A stretch of DNA of 64,000 nucleotides from assembly GCA_011109175.1 (NCBI GenBank), contig RDEW01000045.1, forward strand, positions 100,482 through 164,481, in the 5' to 3' direction. The notes beneath the pieces are model-generated. The model did not search any database and was not told the origin of the DNA. It saw only the letters and a program-made list of their open reading frames with translations. The DNA comes from Dicyema japonicum (lineage: Eukaryota > Animalia > Dicyemida). Shown here piece after piece: positions 25,276 to 37,449 of this stretch. The position numbers were made by a program, and so were the translations under genes. The first letter of the stretch is position 1. The number at the start of each line of letters is the position of its first letter.

Positions 25276-25344
25276 AAGACATGGAAATTATTATTATTAT
25301 TTTTTAAATTTATATTTTATATTATTATTTTTTTATTACAATGT

Positions 25345-28300
25345 CTAAATACAGATAACAATGAACATACTTTCGAGCGTTCTCTTCAGCACAATCGATT
25401 GGATGTAAGTCCTCGTTGATTCTTCAATAGATAATTTATCCATATGATTCTTGAAGCATCTTGAGACAACTCCATTCCATGTCAAAACCACTGGAATAAT
25501 CTTTACTTGGCATTCATAGAGCAGCGAAAGTTCATTTGCTAGCAAGTCATATTTGTGAAGTTTCTCAACTTCAATCTGCTTTAGTCGGTCTTGTGAGGTA
25601 ATCCCCACTTCGATTAAGGTTACTTCCTTCTTTGTTTTGTCATACACAAAAATATCAGGTATTGGACTTTTGTTTTTGTCATAATCGACGTGTCAACTCT
25701 GATTTCGACATTTTGAGTCGTCAATATTGACTGAACCGAATGTCCTTTCAATTTCCTGCTTCTTTTGATTCCATAAACTCGACAAAGATGGATGCACTTT
25801 ACCACTTCATTATGTCTTCGGAGATAATCACTGTTTAGCACTTTACCACATTGAGTGGCCAAATGATCGACAGTTTTCCTGCTTTTTTTTAAATGGTTGC
25901 ATAATGACCTCGTGTGTGCGAAAAACAAATTCCTTTCTTGAGCTACAATGCTTGGGCCGTTATTTCCTTGGATAACCATTCTGAGGAAGTAGATAGGTCG
26001 ACATTTGTTTCATAATACATTTGACAAAATAAAGTGTAGTGTTCTGCAATAAATTTTATTTAATAAATATTTCCTCTGAGTGTTCTTGAGAGACTTAATC
26101 TCCATGATTTCGCTGTCGGCAATTGCATAATTAGAGGCAAGAAATCCTGCGATTTTTGCCAAGTGCCATTTTTTTGTTTTTATTACTCGCAGAATCCCCG
26201 ACCTTCGCAAACACACAGTCGACTGTTTTTCCAAACTTTTAAGGAACTGGAGGAGTATTAATTCGCTCTTAGACGAAATCGAGGTAAGTCCTCTTCCAAA
26301 ATCTTCCTGTCCAAATACAGCCTCTCTTTATTTGCAGGTTTGAGGTGTGACGTAAGCAGTTGCCGTATTTGTTGGTCAACATCATCAAATTCCTAAGGTT
26401 AATATTAATCCATATAACAGCTAGCGATTTTTAGAGACTGACTTTTCCGAACTCATCTCCAAGCCGGCAACATGAAAGAAATTGCGAACAACTTCCATCA
26501 TTTTAATAACAGCATCTTCTTTTAGCCCAAATATCTTTAAATCATCGATGAGCAACAAATGATTGGTAGAAGTAGCCAGAGTATTAGGGTCCTCCTGATT
26601 AATTTGGAGTCTTGGGAACATAGAGTTACGGGTCCTGCTCAAGGGTTCTATTACCATGACAAATAGCTGAGGGGATAATGAATTTCCTTGCAGAATTCCC
26701 CGTCCCAGTTTTACAGAACCAATTCTTCTTCCTTCGAAGTGGAGATTTACAGTCCACTTTTTGACTATGGTCTTTACAAAGTTAACATCCCAACGGGGTA
26801 TTCCTGAGCAGTCCAATACATGAAGTAAAAATTCATGGTCAACAGAATCAAGGCCTCTTCACATCCACCCAAGCAGAATAAAGGGCGTTTCCATACTCCT
26901 TATTTAAGCATTGATTAATAAGGGCTTGTTCCTTAGCGCCCTGACAATGTTTCATCGTTCCCAGCTGATTGTCAGAAAATAGTCCAAACGAATCCACAAA
27001 ATCTGAGAGTTTGGCATTAACACATTTGGTAATAAGTTTGCATAATGTTGGCATACACGTTATAGGACCTAAGTCTTTAGGAGTCTCACAATCATCCTTT
27101 TTTTCAAACGATAACAATTTATTGAAGAATAAAACCAAATAGTTAAAGGCTACTGGCTGCTCTCAGGATTGAGAGCGCATTTCCCCTTACGATCTGTAAG
27201 GAGATGCGCTCAATGAGCCAGCCCTTCTCTCTGACATCCCTCCTCCTTTTAGCGACTAACGATCCAATTTTGTTGAGCAGGGCTAACGACCTGCTTCTTA
27301 TGACTCCCGAAGTTTCGACTGCGACTGGTTCAAATGTGTACTGCTCGCCGAGGCATGTGTACTTCTTTGCTTTAAGTATCATCCTTTTTAGGAATTAAAT
27401 AGGTTATTCCAGTATAAAACCAACTTTCAGGCATATATTCTCCATTAATAATTCGATTAATCTCAGTACATAAAAAGCCGTGTAAAGATTCCATTTTCTT
27501 AATAAAGAAATTGTGTGACCCATCGCATCCACACGCCTTCCAATAGGAGAGCCATTTAATAACATCCAGGATAAACTCATTCGTGAACTCTGACAACATG
27601 CCTTTAATACCAGTATTTACTTTACCAACACTCTCATATGGCACGTGCATCTCTTTTCTTTTAGACCACACTCATTCTCTGAACGACATACAGTCCTCAT
27701 CATCGAACCATATAAAGTGACTTCAGTGCTCGATGATAAATTCCGATAAAATCTTCTGCGATTTAGTTCAAAACAACAGTTGTCCTTGCGAAAGTCCTTC
27801 CTCGAATAATGTACAGCTATTTGCTTTTTCTTAATTCTGACAAGGTCACATAGTAGAGCTTCAATCCTGGCAACCTCCCCTTTTTGGCCCTTTTGTATCC
27901 ATAGGCACAAAGAACATCCATAACCTTTTGTTTTTCAAACACAGAGAGAGCCTGTTTGGAAAAGATTGACAAGTTCTAGTTCTGTCGTCAGCTTTGAGAT
28001 TTTCTTCTCAGTGTTTTCCAACCACGTACTCTGCGGCTTAACCTTCACAGTTAAAGCCATATAAGCATACTGTGCAGCATATAGAATATCAGTAATTTGA
28101 TTGATATCCTGAAGCGGATTGTCTTTCGTAATACAATAAATTGCCGTATTTAGTCTCGAAAAAACATTAACTCTGTCATAGTTTCTCTGAATTTTGGGGG
28201 TTGGGTTTCGAGTATTCCTCGGAATTGACTTAATTTTCTGAATTTGTACTTTTAGTTCCTCTAGGCTTCTTTTTCCACATTAGTATTATTTTGCCTTTTG

Positions 28301-28600
28301 AAGCATTCGCCTCCTTTTTCACTGCTATTCCTGATTTTCAGGTTTCAGCATAGGCTAGAACTCTTGGAGTACTTTTCATTGAACTTTTTAAGTACGAGGT
28401 TACAGCCACTTCTAGGTATTTCCGAATCTTGGCTTTGTGGCAATAAAAATCTGAGATACCCACTCAGCTTTAGAGACACGATAATGGACCTCTTCGATAA
28501 CGGCAGATAGCGAATGAAAGTTGGTTTTGGCAGCAATGTTCCAACGATGTTGATATTAGTTCCTGCGACATCATCCAGCTCCACAGAAGACGGTCTGCTT
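25345..28600 (-). mobile_element. NeSL/R2-like RLE non-LTR retrotransposon, near full-length, degenerate
   Basis: RT motifs PITCMPTLCKL, GAKEQALIN, GILQGNSLSPQLF, LLLIDDLK; zinc finger TVDHLATQC..YLRRHNEV; RLE LIEVGITSQD..EKLHKYDLLANEL. Interrupted at 27103-27377. Confidence 0.9.
27103..27377 (-). mobile_element. 5'-truncated CRE-like element nested in the NeSL-like RT, 12-bp TSD
   Basis: KKYTCLGEQYTFEPVAVETSG..ERISLQIVRGNA; flanked by atcatccttttt at 27091-27102 and 27378-27389. Removing it restores YLIPKKDD-CETPKD. Confidence 0.9.
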
Positions 28601-28799
28601 CTACTATACTATCTTCTTTATTTGATTTTGCAGGAAGGCCATAGGATTCGATTTCTCCATATGAAGCCTGTAATGGACTTATGTAAAATAGATTTAATCG
28701 ACACAAGATATGTTCTATTGGGTTCCTTCCTTAGATTAATTAGTTGTGACTGTTTGTGTTGGCCTTACAAAATAATTGTAAGCCTGGAGTTACTTTATT

Positions 28800-29245
28800 T
28801 ATTTATTTAACACCCAAGACCACGGTAAAATCAAAACTAACTATTACGTGATCCCGATGCGCTCCGCCAAATCCTCATTCTTTCCCGGTGCTCCTCCCTC
28901 GTACCCACACAAGCTCGTACAGGGCGGCTGACTGTATTTGCAGGGCCACCTTCCCGTATGCCGGAGTTTTGTTTAATGAGGGCCTCCAGAGTAGTCGGTC
29001 CGGTTCTGTGTCTCCCACAAGACCACCGCTCCGTCATTCTGAAAGCCTTCTTTTGAACGTCCTCGATTTTCTTAGTGTTCGTACATGACAATGAAGGTCC
29101 CCACGAAGCACACGCGTACGAGAAGCATGGTTCGATGTATTGCATGTAAATGTTCATCAAAACCGAATGGGCACATGTCTTCCATATTCCAGATAAACAA
29201 TTTAATACATTGATCCTCTTCTCGCACTTCAATAATAATAATATT
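28800..29245 (-). mobile_element. LINE family A 3' fragment
   Basis: INVLNCLSGIWK..YIEPCFSYACASWGP; stem-loop and (TAAA)n tail at 28800-28862. Confidence 0.8.
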
Positions 29246-29365
29246 AATAAAAATGCAAACAAATTGAGTCAAAAAAATTAAAATTTAATGATATTTATTT
29301 TAAACAATTTATAATTTTTTAAATAATATTTAACAATAGATAGAATTGATTAAATAATCGGCCTA

Positions 29366-30481
29366 ATGTTTGTTGTTTCCACTTTATTTTTTAATTCTTT
29401 TATTTCATCTAAAATTCATTTCAAATACGAATCAATCAATCATTCTATCAAAGATGATTATTATGAAATCAAATGGAATAATTTTCTGGAAAAATACAGT
29501 TAAATTAATTTTTCACTTTAGACAAATCATATTCTGGTTTAGAACGGCTATTTTTACTGAAAATTTAAGATTTATTGACAACCACAATTTACTTGCAGAG
29601 CAAAGAAAAGTATTATATAAATTGGGGATTAATCAGTTTGCTGACATGGTTATCTTGTAATAAATTTTTGTAGACAATAAAAGAAATATTCAAACCCAGC
29701 AAATTCAATTTATATAATAATTATAATTCTTATGATACAGCGGAGAATGAATTACTTGGAGATTACACTATCCATGCAAAGAAATATCCTTCGTCTTTTA
29801 ATTGAGTAAATCGAAACTGTGTAACTGATATAAATTTCCAAGGAGCTATGTGTGGGCCATGTAATGCATTTGTCTTAGTTAACGATTGATTTATGTATTT
29901 AGTTGGCCACGTTGGAGTCACATTTGGCAATCAAACACAATAAACTTGTATCAATGAGCGAACAAAATATGGTCGATTGTCTGATTTATGGATGTAACGG
30001 TGGAAGTGAAAGTACTGTGTATGAATACATCCAAAAAACGGAGGAATTAATTCTGAAAAACGGTATCCATATATTGATAATTATATAGGCTGGTAAATTC
30101 AAATATGGAAGTCAACCAGATATTAAGTTTAATTTGACTGGAGTTAAAGTACATAAAGCAGGTGATGAAAAAATTCTTTTGCGTACTCTTGTAGATGTTG
30201 GTCCTGTTACTGATAGAATTCGTCATTCTTTAAGTTTTTAATATTATTTTGGAGGTAAATATTAGTGAGACATGTTAGGAATATTACATTTTAAAAGTTG
30301 TTTGGCTGCGAATAATTACCACTCAACTTAGTTGTTGGTATGGAGTTTCAAAGGGAGAAAAATATTGGCTCATAAAAAATTCATTTGGTAAAATTTGGGG
30401 GATATATGGCTACATGAAATTGGCACGGGGATAAATAACTGTGGATTTCCTTTGAAATCCATATATCCTATAATCGAATAA
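29366..30481 (+). pseudogene. Papain-family (cathepsin L-like) cysteine protease, disrupted or mis-assembled
   Basis: Prodomain IFTENLRFIDNHN..LGINQFADM; QGAMCGPCNAF; SMSEQNMVDC..GCNGG; NYH; [16 protein letters not shown]; several frameshifts and a TGA at the DW-like Trp. Confidence 0.8.
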
Positions 30482-30554
30482 TTATATCCTAGGATAACTC
30501 TGTGTGTTATGAGGTGTTAATACAATTTGGTTGTAATAAATATTGAGTTAATTA

Positions 30555-31973
30555 TGTCACATGGGCGGCGCGTAACGCATGGGCAGCCTGTTACATTTTT
30601 TCGACCTTGAAAAGGTCTTTTGATTATCCGACATTATTATTATTATTACCCCCAGGATCACTGGGTCAAAAAGAAAGAAATAAAAGTTCTCATCTAACTA
30701 AGTGATCCCAGACCGACAAAGGTGAGGATGAGTTCCTCATTGGATTATCCGACATTTAATTTTATATATCCGATTTATATCGTGATTTAATCCTGTTAAA
30801 TTAGTTTTTTATTCATAAATGTTATGATTATAAAGATTTTATTTTTATAGCGGTAAACCTAGATTTCTAGCGTGATTTATAGCATGGAAGATTATTTTGT
30901 TGCGATGGCTTCTTACAAGGGTTTTGTGAAAGATTGCGTTGAATATCAAACTTTAAAAGATGCTTTGCATGATAAATTTCCCGAAAATCTTCCGAGCCAC
31001 CGAAAATATAGGCTTGTAAAGAAGATAGAGAATTTTTCTATTATCAATGATAGGTATTGTAAATTTTCAATAATTTTAGACTGTATCTTAAATCAACTGA
31101 TCCCAAGTTAGTCATATCCCTGGATAATGAAACCGAAATGGAGCATGTTGCGAAATCGTTGCACGAAAAATTTTCTGATTTAAAATTTAAAAATCAAGAA
31201 ATAACAAAACTTTGCGAAGATTTTAACATTAAGCAAATTCACGGAAGGCATAACAATCCACGAGCACAAGGAATTGTCGAAAGATTTAATCAGACGATCA
31301 CGAGGAAGTTGTCAAAAATATGGATAACAGTGAAAAAATGGCTTGATAAATTAGATAGTTATAACATATCGGTCCATTCATTTTCTAACGAAAGTCCGAT
31401 TCCAGAACAAATTGACGATTTGGTTAATTGTTCGACTCAGAATCTATTGAAAATTCACGTAGTTTGATTTAAAAAAATTATATCTAGATAATTCCCATTC
31501 AGATAATTTGTGTCCGAATGCGAAGAGATTCAATTTCGAAATTAAATCGATTTGAAAGAAAATCGAATTATTACAAAGCTATGAACAGGAAAATGAATGT
31601 TCATAATAGTAAATATACTTTTAACATGGGAGATAATGTATGAATCAAAAAACATTAATAAATAGGTTCGGGCTAAAAAGGACTTTGGAACAAAACATTG
31701 CGACTGGATAAGTTTGAGTCTCAGTATTATCCAGTTGCAGAAATAATTAATATTTTATCGAATAATCGCGTGGAGGTAGTTTTAAATAGTTTAATTTGAT
31801 AGATAAAAAATTCGAAAGGAGAAATATCGACTGTATTAATGAGTAGACTAAAAAAAGTTACTTAAATTTAATTTTTTGTGGTTAATAAATCATTTATAAA
31901 ATTAATTGAAGTTAATCTTGGTTCAAGGTTAATGTAACAGGCTGCCCATAGGTAACGCTTGACGCATGTGACA
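30555..31973 (+). mobile_element. Ginger2/TDD DNA transposon, internally deleted
   Basis: About 43-bp imperfect TIRs TGTCACATG..ATGGGCAGCCTGTTACATT; 4-bp TSD ATTA (30551-54, 31974-77); integrase IKQIHG..NPRAQGIVERFNQTI; 26-nt intron 31054-31079. Confidence 0.88.
30636..30742 (-). mobile_element. 107-bp LINE-tail retroposition with 14-bp TSD inside the Ginger element
   Basis: TSD gattatccgacatt at 30622-35 and 30743-56; (TAA)n tail; homologous to 33001-33085. Confidence 0.85.
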
Positions 31974-31999
31974 ATTAATTTTTATCTTATATTTGTCTG

Positions 32000-33740
32000 T
32001 AATTATATACAGGTAGATCGAACAAAGACATATTAGTGGGAGTCTTCTCACTATTATCCCGATGAGTTTATTTCCACTATCGCACGATATCTATTCTGAA
32101 TCAAGGATCCTCGAAAGGGTTGTTCTGGAAAAAAGTACAGGATTTAATCTCAAATACCTTCAACTACGACCCAGTAAGGATTCCGGAGTAAACTTCGACC
32201 TCAACACACCTTTAAACTTTAACACAATTCATTGCAGAAGGATTTAATCCTAAAGCCGATAAAAGGACAGTAGTACTTAGGATAGTACTCATATCCGTGG
32301 ACATCACGAAAGTATTGGACTCAGTCTGCAAGAACTCCCTACATAGCAGATATTTGAAACGCGAACTTGAAGTTTTGGCTTGGAAACTTCCTAAAAGGAA
32401 GACGAGCAAATGTACTCTAAAACACTTCAAATCAAGATCTCGAAACTCTTAAACTTCTACATAAACGACATGCCACAGAACTGTAATGAGAATTACTTTT
32501 TACTCCGATGTATCATTTTAGCTTCAAAGGCTCTCGAAGCGGAGGCGCGACACATAATTAACAAAGTCATCTGTCATGCTGATAACTAGGTACAAGAGAC
32601 AGCTAGCTCTATATCGAACTAAAAATCCTTATAAAAATGAGGCTATTCCATTAACAAAACACCGAGGATTCTGGGGGTCATTTTGATAAGGGACTCTTTT
32701 ATTCGACATGATAGAACAAAGTAACTTTTGCTGTGAAAAAAAATGAGAATTTTAAACTGCTATCAAAAACCTTAAAGGCAAAACTAGGAGCCTTTCCACA
32801 GTTTATAAACAATTTATTTGACCTACGATGACGTATGCAAGTCCTTTGTGGGCAATGCAGATTTCACGCTCCTCGTTATTTGAAACTCTCCTGTTTCATA
32901 TAATATCGAAATATCTACAAACATGCACCAAGTTTTGAGCCAATACAATGTCCGATGGGAAGAGCAGTACAGAATCTCATCCCCGTCTGACTCGTCATCT
33001 CCTTTGTCGGTCTGGGATCACTTGGTTAGTTGAGAACATTTATTTCTTTCTCTTTGACCCAGTGATCGTGGTGTAGTAATAATAAAAATATATCGATTGA
33101 ACCACGATGGGAAAATATCCTTCCCGAACATAAGCATGCCTCATACCAAATTATTGGTACAGAACTATTCAATGACAATTTTATCTAATTTGTTCATCTT
33201 GGACGACATTCTAATCACCTTGGACATTATACCCTTTCTAAATTAACCCTCATAAACAAGGAAATTGCTAAAATTGACGGTGCACTTGCGCTCATCAACA
33301 TTCGACCACAACACACCTTAAAACTTTAAGAAAAGTCATTGCGGAAGCATTGCACCCCCAAAACCCATAAAAACAGTACTTATTTCCGTTGAGATCACAA
33401 AAGTATTTGTCTCAGTCTATAGGAACTCCTTACAAAGAATATATTTGAAACGAACATCCACTCGAACTTGAGGTTTTGGCTTAAAAAATTCCTAAATAGA
33501 AGACGAGCACAAGATCTCTGCAAACACATCAAATCAAGATCTCGCTATTTTCCAACTAGAGTCCATCAGGTTCCCCACTGTCACTCCAACTCTTCTATCT
33601 CCACATAAACGACATGCCACAAAACTGTGATGAGAGTTGTCTCCTACACCAACATACATTCTTGCCTCATAAGATTCCCTCCTACACCGACGAAGTGCTT
33701 TATAAAAACAAAATAATAACCGGCACGATTCCACATGATA
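32000..33740 (+). mobile_element. Two degenerate LINE RT remnants of one family
   Basis: 32203-32460 and 33310-33560 are diverged direct copies; a stem-loop tail at 33010-33085 ends the first. Confidence 0.6.
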
Positions 33741-33789
33741 CAATTTAATACAGTTTTTAAATTTGTTAAAATTATCGTCAAAAATGAAA

Positions 33790-34700
33790 CAATTTAAGCA
33801 TCATGTTTTGGAGATAAGCGCGCAGTGCGCTAAAAACAAGCAGAATCACGCACCTTGTAAGACAGTATCGTTGTTCTTGGAACGTTCGTATATAAGAACG
33901 AGTGTAAAGTTTAATCTTATGAACGTCTTCTGACCACGTATAACCCTTATAACTGCGGTTTGTAAAATTTACGAAATTGACGGAAATTCATTTGTTTTAT
34001 CTGGTGGTCTCATTTTAATGACACCGTCCGCTCCAATATTGTCGAATCCGGGGAGCGTTTTGACACTCCTCCTCTGGAGTTTAAATTCTTAGTCTTTTAT
34101 CTCTTGGTTCAGGATTCGAACTTTGCGTTGTATTTCTTTCGTTGATGGTAATCCTTTTAAGGCGACTTCTTTTTTACATAAAGAAATCTTTCTATGCTCT
34201 GTCAGCGTTAATATAACATTTGGTACTGAAATCTCCCTTCCTCCTGGACAGTCTAGTTCATAAAGGCCACCATTTGTCGAGGGAGGAGAAACCACCCAGG
34301 TATAGATTCTTAAGCAGGCTTTCGATAGTTGATCTGTAGAGACTTCAGTTGTAATATTTGTAGATGCAGCGCCAAGAGACTCCGAACAAAAATTTCTTTT
34401 CTGATCTTGAGAGAGATTGGATTATGATCACTACTTGAGTCACAAATGACCGATTTTCACGTTATCGCACTCAATAAAATAGAGCAATGAGAGAGATCAG
34501 GGGATGTTTGCAAGTCGATGGGTCGTTCATGATCGTCAGTCTATCCGTCTGTTATAGTAGTAGTTTCCATCTTTTGTCAGATGGTTGACTTGATAGCCAA
34601 AGTGGGTTTTTCAATTCATATTTCCACTGATGAAAATGTTTTCCAAAATAGATTTTGAATATAGGTCAGGAGGAATAGCATAGTTATTAGTACATGAACA
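33790..34700 (-). mobile_element. Degenerate APE-LINE fragment (endonuclease end plus linker)
   Basis: IFISGNMN (GDFN-like), SDHNPI and NAPGFDNIG (pre-RT APGPD-like) motifs in order. Confidence 0.55.
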
Positions 34701-34716
34701 AGGTGGGGGGTACGTA

Positions 34717-35479
34717 AAGTCGGACCTCGATTTGGAACACAGTGTTCCAAAAACTGAGGTTCTGTCAAAAAATTAACACCAATATAAATTTAATAATTTA
34801 ATTAATGCAAGAAAGTCTTTAAAATCATTATTAATTGAAAAATAATCATCAATTCTATTTCCATAGTTTTTCTTCAAACTACTGAATAAATTTTGTCTGA
34901 CGCAGTAAAAATCCTTTAACGAACTCGGAGCAATATCTAGAACTGATTCTTAAATTTCATTAACTTTTTACTACTTCTTTGATCGTCATCCTTTTATTTT
35001 GCATATCATTATAAAAAATTTCTTCATTATCGCTGCTTTCCGGACTTTCCATAACTTCTACAATTTGTTCTATAACATCATCCGTCAGATTATCAGAGAC
35101 AACAGGCCGAAGGTATTATCCCTGCAATTTTTAATTATTTCACAGAATACATTTTGCCAAGATTTCGATACTATTATCAATGATTGGCGTAAATTAATTT
35201 TTTAAGTGACTCGCAAAAAAATATTTCCGAGCAAGTACTCTGTGAATAATTTTTCATTAGTCGAGCAATTTCAACTTTTTTCTCGTAAGTAAGACTCATA
35301 ATTATTTAATGTTGAGTTTTTTTTTATTTAAAAATAATTAATTTTTTTAATGACTAGAATTAAAAAATAGTAATAAATTCAGTTCAAATCGAAATTTTCA
35401 GTATTTTTGGCAGAGATCCTACAAAGTGTTCCAAAAACTAAGGTGCTCCAGCCCCGAGGTCAGTTTCAAATCGAACTTG
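34717..35479 (-). mobile_element. pogo/Tigger deletion derivative
   Basis: MSLTYEKKVEIARL (CENP-B-type HTH start) joined to KINLRQSLIIVSKSWQNV..IKNC and an acidic tail; degenerate ends with TA flanks and repeated gtgttccaaaaact(g/a)aggt. Confidence 0.6.
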
Positions 35480-35499
35480 TATCTTTGGCACATTTCAGA

Positions 35500-37302
35500 T
35501 TAGTTGCAGACTTTCCACAGATTTTTTTAAGGCCAACAACACCCAGATATTTATCAATATCCTCCACCATTTTTAGGATAGTATCTTCATATTCGGCAAT
35601 TATTTTCAGGTCGTCAATAAAAAGAAAATGGGTCGCATATGTCACAATGGACGGATCACTTGATCAATACATATCTTCGGAAATTTAATATTCGGCTTAG
35701 TGGGTCCATTACCAGAGTAAACAGCTGGAGAGAGTGAGTCTCCTTGCAAGATTCCTCTCCCGAGTTTGATCTTTCCAATTCTTTTTTTGTTAAGGTTCAA
35801 AATAACATCCCACTTGCTTATTAGATTCTTGATAAACTTCACAATCCATTCCGGAACTCCAGAGCTAAAGAACCCGACACAAAAATTCATGATTGACAGA
35901 ATCGAAAGCCTTCTTCGATCCTGTTATGAATAAGCTATTTCCATGTTCAGCATTATCACACTGATTTATTAAAGCCTGCTCTTTACACCTGCCTTCTTGC
36001 TCCAAGCTGATTATCTGAGATAAGATTGAACCCTTCAGTATAATCCGTAAGTTTTGTATTAACACATTTTGTGACAAGTTTTTACAATATAGGCATGCAC
36101 TCGTAAATCATTCGGAGAACAGCAGTCTTCTTTTTTCGGAATGAGGTACGTAATCCAATATAGAACCATTCTTCCGGCAATATTCACCACTCACTATCTT
36201 GATAATCCCTCCACTCAGATAGCTATGAGAGAATCAAATTTCTTGACAAAAAATCCATATACTCCATCACAGCCAGAACTCTTCCAGTTCGGCGTATAGT
36301 GAATAATGCTCTTAACGAACTCAACTGTCATATCTAACTGTAACTCCTTTGCTCCTGTTATTCGCCTCCCAACAATATTTCTGATCCTTTTCCCATACAT
36401 CTTTCCAAAATGACACCCACTCATTTTCTGTAACTTTACAATCACTATTATTGACGTCATCAATGAGCCTCGATAAAACCTCCTCTTGTTCAGCTCAAAA
36501 TAAAAATTATCTCGTCTAAGGGATTTTCTTGATTCATGAATTGAGATTTTTTTCTCCATGATCTTGAATTTGTCTTCAATTAGGGTAGAGATCCTTTTCA
36601 GTTCTCCCTTCTTTATTTCTTGTATCCAAACGAGGATAAAACATTTTTTTCTTCCTTTGACTTCTTCCCAGTAAACTCATACACTAAGACACAATTTTCT
36701 TTGAATTTGGCAATTTTCTCTCCACATTTTCCCCCAAAAGCTTTTTACTGATTGCTTCTTTGTCAAATTCTCATATGCGCATTGTGCAGCATAAATAATG
36801 TCAGTTTTCTCATTCATGTCCGTTGGCGGAGATGATTTTATGCAACTTATATGGAGTCTTCTGTGTAGGTTTTCTTCCATCTCGGGGAACTGATTTAACT
36901 CTCAAATTGAACATAAAATTCTTCTTTGCATCTTCCATACATGCAAATTTCTGTTTTTGGTAAGTTGCTTTGTGAGCCTCCTGATCCGATTAAAGCATCT
37001 CCACTTTTCTGGTCCGCGTACGTCTTTTTATTATGCTTTACATTCAACAGTGTTCTAGCTCTAAGTACACTTTTATGAGTGGAGAAACGAGTATTGAATT
37101 GCTGGACGATGAGACTCCATCCACCCCCAGGGAATCTCCTTTTCGCATAGTTGATAATCATTGAGATCCACTTGATCCTGTCACCTGATCGAAGAATCTC
37201 CACACTTATCACTTCTAATTGGTTTCTATCTTCAATATTCTCTGTAAGACGGCCCTCAGGATTTGTTTGCAAACTGGTGAAAACAGACATGCACAGCTCC
37301 AC
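35500..37302 (-). mobile_element. Second NeSL/R2-like element (5' part to RT), degenerate
   Basis: NWKSSGCDGVYGFFVKK, CKEQALINQ, KAFDSVNH, GILQGDSLSP; ORF starts next to the A/T island at 37310-37400. Confidence 0.85.
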
Positions 37303-37449
37303 TAGAACAAATTATAATTTTTTTATATAAAAATATTTTTTTAATACTAATTTTTGCTAAATTATATTTTAGCGGGAAAAACTTTCATGTAAAAACATAT
37401 TTGAATTTTACGGCCTAATCTATTTCTTGATAGTCGTATAAACTATGTG

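Noticed and set aside
28837-29262. Secreted protein ORF MFAFLLILLLL...
   Set aside because: The hydrophobic start is translated A/T island fused by chance to a LINE fragment.
29800-29810. UGA=Trp recoding suggested by a TGA at a conserved cathepsin Trp
   Set aside because: BAF and the native tubulin end use TGA as stop, and Trp is TGG elsewhere.
34089-34295. Viral or Polinton-like orphan ORF
   Set aside because: Flanking frames give GDFN-like, SDHNPI and APG.D motifs, so it is an off-frame reading of a LINE linker.
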